A DNA stretch of 63,730 bases, the filler included, from Octopus bimaculoides (lineage: Eukaryota), in the NCBI RefSeq assembly GCF_001194135.2. It is 7 parts of 7 records of this genome, joined end to end, with 100 filler letters (N's around TTAATTAATTAA, not from the genome) between each part and the next. Parts side by side here need not be neighbours in the genome. Positions count along the whole stretch, not along the records: positions 52,794 to 59,554 come from NW_026383833.1; positions 59,655 to 62,190 come from NW_026326367.1; positions 62,291 to 63,730 come from NW_026325234.1; 4 more parts are not named here. One strand, 5' to 3'. A program made the translations under genes and the position numbers. Below the pieces are notes generated by a model, which searched no databases, was not told the DNA's origin, and worked only from the letters and a program-made list of their open reading frames with translations. Of the stretch, positions 55,082-63,730 are shown piece by piece. Positions within the stretch are counted from its first letter, which is position 1. Each line of letters starts with the position of its first letter.

Positions 55082-55670
55082 CATCCATCTATATTGGCTG
55101 TCTATCCATCTGTATTCCTACGTACATACATTAGCAAACATACTCACTTACACACAAGCACACACATTCATATACATATAGACACTCATACGTGTGTGTG
55201 CGTCTGTATTGCTATGTCTGTTCTTGTTTGCATAAACACCTGTTTATATGTACATGTATATGTATGTATAAACAGATGCTAAAATACATAAGCACGTATA
55301 TATATGTAGACGTGTGTATAAGCGCTTAAGTGCAAACAAGAGGACGGATAGCGGGTAGTGAATATTAAAAATAGAAAATTATATATTTATTTACAATTCA
55401 ACAATTTTGCTTCCTGTTTTCCTATACAGTCGCTGAATTTCCTTTGTTATTTACATTCGATTATACATACATGTTTTCCATGTTTTAAAGTTTTTAAATT
55501 AATTCCTAAACATATCTGCTCCACTTGTTATCATTTTTTAAATAATTACCCTTTTTTCTTCCAATTTTACTTTTCTGTAAATTCTGTAAATTGCAAATCT
55601 TGCCCCATTTGTTTCTCCTCTTGTGTTGTATACAATTGTTAGATTGTCTACCCGTAGGATACTATTTCAT

Positions 55671-55879
55671 TCAATTATTATCCGTGCTCATTACTGTCTT
55701 CGAGTCGTTCAGCTCGTAGGGCTGTTTACCCTCTTTCCATCGCGTAGACGTGACCGAGGTTACAACAGTTTCCCTGGGTGAGATGGCACGGGAAGTGTCC
55801 GTTGGAGCAATGTGAATCGAAGCGCTTTGCTCAATAACAAAATGCACCGCTCGGTCCAGAATCGAGACCATTGACACCA
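55671..55879 (-). CDS. Probable terminal coding exon of an unidentified gene: (x)VSMVSILDRAVHFVIEQSASIHIAPTDTSRAISPRETVVTSVTSTRWKEGKQPYELNDSKTVMSTDNN*
   Basis: GC-elevated non-repetitive island between low-complexity tracts. Acceptor gagttcttttcag, 68 open codons to TGA, then AT-rich downstream sequence with AATAAA near 55390. Confidence 0.55.
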
Positions 55880-55914
55880 CTGAAAAGAACTCCCCACCCG
55901 TCCCCACTAACGTC

Positions 55915-56400
55915 ACCGTCACTATGACCGCCGATACACCACTAACACCACTACTATTGCCATCACCACCACCACCATCACCACTGCCGCCGCCGCCGCC
56001 AACGCTGCCACCACCGCCGTCGCCGCCACCGCCGCCATAACCACCAGCACCACCGCCATCACTACCGCTACCATTATACCACCAACGCCACAATCATCGC
56101 CGCCACCGTCATCACCGCTGCCATATTCAACACCACCGCCACCACCATCACAACAACCACCACCACCACCACCACCACCACCACTAACAACAACAACAAT
56201 TATAGCAGTACCACCACCACCATATTCAACACAACGACTAACGCCACTACAACCGCCAGCAACCAGAACCTGAACCACAACTACAACCAAACTACCACCA
56301 CCATCAACCAACCAACCAACCAACCAACCAACCAACCAGTCAACCAGCCAACCAACACCACTAAAGCCATCAGCACCGCCACCGCCATTACTAACAAGTT
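55915..56400. repeat. Low-complexity (ACC/GCC/AAC)n and (AACC)n tract
   Basis: Direct reading. Similar trinucleotide tracts occur at 2160-2260, 3080-3430, 44520-44590, 54015-54260 and 56680-56880. Confidence 0.9.
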
Positions 56401-56886
56401 ATAGTGTTTTCTCAATGACATCTCCATTATGTTATTAAATTCTTGGCTGTTACATCAATCTGGGAGAGACGAAGTGAGGAATTGGTAAAAAGCAAACAAA
56501 CAAACAAACAAAAAAAAGCAGAAACAAAAATACAAACAACAATGAACGATATGTATCTTATCCCCCTCCCCCTCCGCCACTGCAGTTCATGCTATCCGCC
56601 AAGCCCCCACCCCACTCAACTCACATAAATTGTTGGGGTGGGGTTGGGGGGTTGGAGAGTGAATTAAATAATTAGAAACAAAAATCATCATCATCATCAA
56701 CAGCAGCAGCATAGAAGCAGCAGTAGTAGCTCTGCTGGCAACAGGGGCGATACCAGCTGCAACGACAGTGCTATATTCGTGGCCATCATAATCGCCATCA
56801 TCATCATCATCGTCATCATTATCATCGTCATCGTGACCATCATCATTAGCAGCAGCAACAGCAGCACCATGATTGCTATCATGAAC

Positions 56887-56923
<37 letters not shown>

Positions 56924-56925
<2 letters not shown>

Positions 56926-57397
56926 TATAAACACACGCCAGAAAAGGTCACAGAAAACGAGAAAGCAACCATACTCTGGGATATGCCAATACACACAAAT
57001 AGAGAAATTAAGGCAAATAGACCAGATATAGTTGTCAAAGATCATGAAGAAAAAAAATGCTTTCTAATTGATGTATCAATACCAGCAGATGACAACGTTT
57101 CTCTAAAAGAAATGGAAAAACTTTCAAAATACAAAGACCTGGAAATAGAGGTAATTCGAATGTGGAATCTAAAAACAGAAACAATTCCTATCATAGTAGG
57201 TGCCTTAGGTATGATAAAAAAATATTCAGACAAATACATAACAAAAACACCAGGACTTACAAATATATATAACATACAGAAAATTGCACTACTGGGCACT
57301 GCACACATCCTACGCAAAACACTTTCAATACAGTAACCATAAAAGCACCACAGCACATACCCAAGGCGCACAGAGCTGCGCTATAAAAATAAAACTA

Positions 57398-57400
<3 letters not shown>
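56924..57400 (+). mobile_element. 5'-truncated R4/Dong LINE with uninterrupted REL-domain ORF, inserted in (TAA)n
   Basis: YKHTPEKVTENEKATILWDMPIHTNREIKANRPDIVVKD...LIDVSIPADDN...KYKDLEIE...PIIVGALG...KIALLGTAHILRK*; (TAA)n on both sides. Confidence 0.92.
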
Positions 57401-57434
<34 letters not shown>

Positions 57435-57604
57435 TTAATAATACCATTAATAATAATAACATTAATAATACCATTAATAATAATAATAATAATAATAATG
57501 ATAACTTGTCTCTCGAGGTCTCTGGGTGAGACTTGGATTCAACTTGTACAAATGCAAAGCAAAAGTCAAACATAAAATAATAATAATAATAATGATGATG
57601 ATAA

Positions 57605-57790
57605 TAATGATAATCCTTTCTACTAATGGCACAAGGCCTGAAATTTGGTGGGAAGGGGCCAGTCGGTCAGATCGATCCCGAAAGGATGAAAGTCATAGTT
57701 GACCTCGGCGGAATTTGAACTCAGATCATAAAAACAAACGAAATGCTGCTCAGCATTTCGCCCAGCGTGCTAACCATCTCACACTCCTAA
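57605..57790 (-). mobile_element. SINE family B with (ATT)n tail pointing toward the Dong copy
   Basis: gataatcctttctact...ggcacaaggcc...gacctcggcggaatttgaactc. Confidence 0.85.
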
Positions 57791-59372
57791 TCGCAAAGAC
57801 AGACGAGCTTATATTGAAGTACGCAAGACGAACGAGTACAGTGCCACTAAATGGATCAACCATAAAACTGTTATTGCCATTGCTTTCTGAATCTGATGTT
57901 GTTGTTTAGCCACCGGTTAACTCAGATGGACAAGATGTTCACCATATTTTCCAGCATGAAAACCATGCAGTATATGAAAACCATGAACATTTCATGAAAA
58001 CGTTCAAAAACAACTTTCAGAATCCTGTTGCATTTCACAGAGAATTTTCAAATTCTTCAAATTCGTTTTGGCGTATAAGTCGACCTACATATTTCAGCTC
58101 TGAGAAATTCGACTTATATGCCAGAAAAAAAAAATAAAACAGTTGCGAGCATTCAGTTTATTTCAGTCAAAGGATATTCAACGCTTCTTAATATTAGAAA
58201 CCCTATCGAATTCATTTTCAAACATAGCAAAGTACAATAGGATACAAGATGCCGATGGTGGTGATTCTGACAGTAGTTTTGGTGGTAGTGTTGGTGGTAA
58301 TGATGATGGGTCGTAGTAAAGGAGATGGTGGAATTGTTGGTTATCGTGGTACTGGAAATAGCTGAATTATTGAAAGTATTGCGATAATGATAAAAGTCAT
58401 TATAGCTACGCATATATATATATATATATANNNNNNNNNNNNNNNNNNNNNNNNNNNNNNNNNNNNNNNNNNNNNNNNNNNNNNNNNNNNNNNNNNNNNN
58501 NNNNNNNNNNNNNNNNNNNNNNNNNNNNNNNNNNNNNNNNNNNNNNNNNNNNNNNNNNNNNNNNNNNNNNNNNNNNNNNNNNNNNNNNNNNNNNNNNNNN
58601 NNNNNNNNNNNNNNNNNNNNNNNNNNNNNNNNNNNNNNNNNNNNNNNNNNNNNNNNNNNNNNNNNNNNNNNNNNNNNNNNNNNNNNNNNNNNNNNNNNNN
58701 NNNNNNNNNNNNNNNNNNNNNNNNNNNNNNNNNNNNNNNNNNNNNNNNNNNNNNNNNNNNNNNNNNNNNNNNNNNNNNNNNNNNNNNNNNNNNNNNNNNN
58801 NNNNNNNNNNNNNNNNNNNNNNNNNNNNNNNNNNNNNNNNNNNNNNNNNNNNNNNNNNNNNTATATATATATTTGTATATACATATTTGTATATATGATT
58901 ATATATAGATCTGCATACATCCATTCATACATACATACATGCATACATACAAGTATGTGTATATAAACTTAATGAAATATCTAAATAACGCCTGTAGCTG
59001 AGCTAGATGTTTGATGGTGCATTTTGCAAATGACTAGCGAGATCGAATCTAGAAATATACGTAAATTCTAATATATATGCATTGGACATCCAAATATAAT
59101 TTGCAATACAAATAAAATCAACGAAAAACTGATGTCTTCACATTGATATATCAATTAGTTGCCGAACTGTGGACAGATTATACTTATTCATACATAAATG
59201 TCCGCACATATATACATTTACTTATATACTAATACATAGATATTAATATAAATACCTGCATATATATATATATATATATACACCCCCCACACACAGATAT
59301 ATGTATGTATGTATGTATGTATTCATGTATGTATTCATGTATTATGCATGTATGTATATATGTATATATATC

Positions 59373-59488
59373 ACTAGCGTTATATACGTATGAGCCCAAA
59401 TACATTCATTTTCATTAATGTAAGTGATATTTGTATTGCATGTTCTTATAAATATTTGTATTTCTTTATATATGCATATAGAAAAAAA

Positions 59489-59519
<31 letters not shown>

Positions 59520-60216
59520 GTATGTGTGCGTATGTGTGTGTGTGTGTGTGTATANNNNNNNNNNNNNNNNNNNNNNNNNNNNNNNNNNNNNNNNNNNNTT
59601 AATTAATTAANNNNNNNNNNNNNNNNNNNNNNNNNNNNNNNNNNNNNNNNNNNNATTTCTGATGTATCTTTTAACTTTTGAAGAAGTTCATGATTGAGTT
59701 AATTAGCCATTTCATTAGTTGGAGCGAGTATAGCTTTTTCACACACACATGCAATCTCACATGCACTCATACACACATACACTCTCACATACACTCACAT
59801 ACATATACTGAGGCAGACACACAGACAATTACGTAACGAACGCGCAAACACACACACTCACAGACACATACACACACATATAAAAAATGTGTCGTCGTCG
59901 TATAAACTGTCCTTTACTTTCTCGTGCGTAACGAACACGCTAACACACACACACAGACACATACACACTCATATACAAAACGTGTCTTGGTGGTGGTGGT
60001 GGTGATGGTGGTATAAAATGTCCTTTACTATAGTTGATTATAGAAAGATTATTTTAGATAAAATGTTATATTGTTTTAATCCAAATGAAAATTAAAATTA
60101 CACGTTGACACTCGCGGGGTCTAATAGTATTACCTTGTGAAATTTGATTTGATTTGGTGGAGCCGTTTGAGAATGCATAGGGAACAAACAGACAAAGAAT
60201 TTTATAGAGAGAGAGA
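59373..60216 (-). mobile_element. Probable non-autonomous Helitron-like element with internal roughly 95-bp tandem duplication
   Basis: Minus-strand 5' TC end at about 60216 followed by ttgtctgtttgttccctatgc; possible 3' CTAG|T at about 59373; duplicated units at about 59832-59917 and 59928-60028. Confidence 0.35.
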
Positions 60217-60554
60217 TTTATAAATCCAATGTTGACATTTACGTTGTTAAAAGTACACAAATGTAAGTACATCTTGTTATTGTCTTCACTTACCGAAAAT
60301 AAAGGTGATTGCTCAGGCGTTTTTCTGACTTGCAGGACACGTTTCAGATGATACGTATATCTCTATCACTAAAACTAGAACGACAGAGTTGGTAGGTCAT
60401 CGGATAGAACGCTTTTACTGCATTCGCTCCAGTTCTGTATGTTCTGAATACGAATCTCATCGAAATCAATCTATCCTTTTCGATCCCCTCACCCTTCTCT
60501 CTTTCTAGCTCTCTCTTTCTTCCTCTCTTTCTCTCTCTCCCTCTCTCCGTCGAC

Positions 60555-61071
60555 CACGATCGGAGATGGACCCACCTCGCCCGTGTAATGGAACTCGCTT
60601 GAAGTCCCATACTCTACAGGAAACAATCATAAGTAGTCCAAAATTTCCTTTCCTACCCACAGATGTTCCATTTGAAGTTAACAGGCTGCTTCAGTTTCCG
60701 GTCTAAGTTTTGGTATTTCAATTAACAAATCTCAGGGTCAGTCCCTCAAGGTAGTTAGACTTCATCTCTCAACTACATGCTTCTCCCATGGCCAACCCCA
60801 TGCTGGTTGCTCACGAGCTGGAAGCTGTAACAATTTATTCATTTGGATACCAACAAAAAATTACACTATGAATATTGTTTACCCTGAAGTGCTTCAAGAT
60901 TGACAGATTTTCAGTTCAAAATTCTTTTATCATTACAATTTGGATAACTTTTAAAAATAAAATATACATATTTTAAAATAATTATGAGAAAAAGTTATAT
61001 CTTCATATTTATTGTTTACTACTCTGAAGAAGAACAGCAGTAACCCGGGTAACACCAGATAATTCAGCTAG
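60555..61071 (+). mobile_element. Helitron RepHel helicase C-terminal relic with 3' terminus
   Basis: MDPPRPCNGTRL...PTDVPFE..RL.QFPV...INKSQGQSLKVV...CFSHGQ...MNIVYPEVLQD across frameshifts; 3' acccgggtaacaccagat...CTAG at 61068-61071. Confidence 0.85.
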
Positions 61072-62290
61072 CACTAAATAAACTTTGCGCGTAAAAATAG
61101 TTTTCTACAAGTTGGATCATACAGCCGAACAATGCACGATACGTGAGTTGTCCTAACCATTGCAGGAAAATACTGTTTTGTGATCGACTTAAATTGCAAT
61201 AGCTACTATGATCTCTTCGTAGAACAGCGGCGAGGTCTTGTCATTAAATGAAGAAATATATATACACATATACACATTAAAATATATGCATACATACATA
61301 CATACATACATACATACATACATACATACATAAATATATATATNNNNNNNNNNNNNNNNNNNNNNNNNNNNNNNNNNNNNNNNNNNNNNNNNNNNNNNNN
61401 NNNNNNNNNNNNNNNNNNNNNNNNNNNNNNNNNNNNNNNNNNNNNNNNNNNNNNNNNNNNNNNNNNNNNNNNNNNNNNNNNNNNNNNNNNNNNNNNNNNN
61501 NNNNNNNNNNNNNNNNNNNNNNNNNNNNNNNNNNNNNNNNNNNNNNNNNNNNNNNNNNNNNNNNNNNNNNNNNNNNNNNNNNNNNNNNNNNNNNNNNNNN
61601 NNNNNNNNNNNNNNNNNNNNNNNNNNNNNNNNNNNNNNNNNNNNNNNNNNNNNNNNNNNNNNNNNNNNNNNNNNNNNNNNNNNNNNNNNNNNNNNNNNNT
61701 ATATATATATACATATATTCATATATGTATGTATGTGTGTGCGTGTGCCTCTCTATCTGTGTGCGTTTGTCCCCCCCCCTCCGCTTGGTTTGTTACGTCA
61801 CTAATGACATGATGGAGAATACTCTCTGAAAGTACATGGTGTTAAAAGACAGGCTAGATAACTCTCAGTCCCATCTAGGAGTGATGGACATCGATGTTTC
61901 GCCATTTGTGTGGCTTGTTAACACCACGTACTTGACAGGAGCGGAACCGAATCACTTCGCTAGTTCACGACTCATATATGTTCATGGCGTGCAAAGCCAT
62001 GTGCGAGTATGCCCGGATAATGCATTAAAAAAAAAGTTCAAATATGAAATAAAAGTATACGCTAAGTGTGTTTGCAGGTTGGCTGTTCCTGGAATGATGG
62101 AGAATACTCTCTCAAAGCACTGAGTGGTAAAACTCTGTAGAGTCATCCCACTCCAAGATGGAATTGAGGGTAAGTTATCTCGCCTGTCCTNNNNNNNNNN
62201 NNNNNNNNNNNNNNNNNNNNNNNNNNNNNNNNNNTTAATTAATTAANNNNNNNNNNNNNNNNNNNNNNNNNNNNNNNNNNNNNNNNNNNN

Positions 62291-63341
62291 AGTGATGATG
62301 TTGGAGGATATTGACTCCTTACTTGTTTTTCTAAAATGCAGCATAAATTATTAATAATATTGAGAACTGTGCCTTTCAGTAACAACTAGCTGTGTGAATT
62401 GGTGCATTATTACCCTGAAAGATTGCATTTCCCTCGGGAAACAGTTCCGCAACCATAGGATGAATTTGATCAGATAAAATGTTTAAATAGTCTTGACTAT
62501 TTATTCTGCCATGAAGGGAGGCCATTGGCCCAACGGATTTCCAAGGTACAGCCCCCCCCCTCCCCAGATCATCACAGATCCTCCTCCGTGTTTAACAGTT
62601 GGAAGAAGGCAGTCTGGGTCAAATGCTTCTCTTGGCTGTCTCCACACGTATACTCGGCCGGTGGTCGAAAATAAGGTAAAGGATGACTCGTCTGAGAAAA
62701 TCACATTCTTTCACTGCTCTAGGGACCAATTCTGTAGGTTAGGTTTTTACTCCACTTTAAACACTTTAAACATTTGCTTTTGAAAGTAGTAGTTTTCTGA
62801 TTGTAGACCTCCCGTGAAATCCAGCTTTGCGCAGCTCCTGGTGAAGAGTTTTGTGGAAACTAGGTTCTCGAGGCAGTCATTAAGCCCTGCAGTAATTTTT
62901 GGAGCTGGACTTTCGTGATCCTTTCTAACAATTCGCCTAAGAGTCCGACGGTCCCTATCTGAAAGTTTTGGTTTTCTTCCGGAGTTTTGTATCGACGAAG
63001 ATGTTTTTCCCTTTTTCTCAGAGGCTGTCATTACTTTCGAGACAGTACTTCCTGATACACCAAACATTTCGTCTGTTTCCGTTTCGCTAACGCCTACCAT
63101 ACGAGCACCAACAATTTGATCTCTTTGAAAATCCGAAGGATCTATCATTTTAATGAAGTTTTGATTACCTTTTTCTGATGACATCTGAAACGAAATAGCA
63201 ATTTTAGCAAAACATAGTAACCAACAGTAATAATAAATTAAAAAAACATAAAAATAAACAAGCTTTTGACGGTTTTATAGATATTTCAAAATTATGATGC
63301 TATGATGCTAGGTGTTTCCATTATTTTTGTTCAGCCCCTCT
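62291..63341 (-). pseudogene. Tc1-like transposon with decayed DD34E transposase and left TIR
   Basis: GRKPKLSDRDRR, IFSDESSF, PTVKHGGGSVMIWG, IFQ(D>G)NNAPIH; frameshifts; TIR-like ggggctgaacaaaaataatggaaacacc. Confidence 0.92.
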
Positions 63342-63730
63342 CTATATATAAACATATATGTTTGTGTGTGTGATTTTATGTTATCTTATGTTGTAAGTCG
63401 ATATCATTTGATCGGAGTTATCTTCATAAGGTGTACTGCATAAATGCAAAAACTCCACTTGTCAGCAAATATTGATAAATCGATAGGAAGTTCATATAAC
63501 GATTATCGTTCATAAAGAAGGTAGATTTAAAGCAGTAATATCTCCTTCTTGACAGTCATTTCTACCTAGAAAACAGACGGGATGCTGCAGTGGAATTACC
63601 TTCACAATATTTGTATGTAAACATTTTATCATAAAATTATTATATGAAGATTTTTATTGTTTAAAGATTTATCCATCACGACTTTTATAAGTAATATTCT
63701 AAAAGAATATATAATTGAACTTATGTTGAG

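Noticed and set aside
57780-57900. Cadherin-like GNNSFMVDPFSGTVLV on the minus strand
   Set aside because: Short, bounded by repeat ends and an upstream stop; no other cadherin motifs such as DxD or PxF.
63495-63570. Minus-strand acceptor followed by GRNDCQEGDITALNLPSL*
   Set aside because: Too short, with no phase partner inside the window.

Overview
Eukaryotic, AT-rich, microsatellite-dense scaffold with many N-gaps. The SINE families and repeat landscape look like an octopod cephalopod (Octopus sp.); this is inferred from recalled repeat families, not from a search. Almost all long ORFs in the supplied track are artefacts of microsatellites or N-runs. Real content: (i) at least two well-supported, phase-compatible minus-strand exons (21207-21302, 19963-20188) of a coiled-coil protein gene, with weaker candidate 5' exons at 23.5, 25.8-26.6 and 35.1 kb; (ii) an orphan minus-strand probable terminal exon at 55671-55879; (iii) dozens of decayed mobile elements: three tRNA-headed SINE families, RTE, CR1 and Dong/R4 LINEs, Tc1, mariner, Merlin, hAT and piggyBac MITEs, and Helitron. 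Most notable unexplained signals: a near-complete type I minimal hammerhead ribozyme fold with palindromic helix III at 9782-9882 (plus a decayed second one at 36.1 kb), a recurring pattern of Dong/R4 LINEs sitting antisense inside the (ATT)n tails of one SINE family, and a 131-codon ORF shaped like a secreted peptide precursor at 42356-42751. No rRNA, intact tRNA, CRISPR or intact transposase was found.
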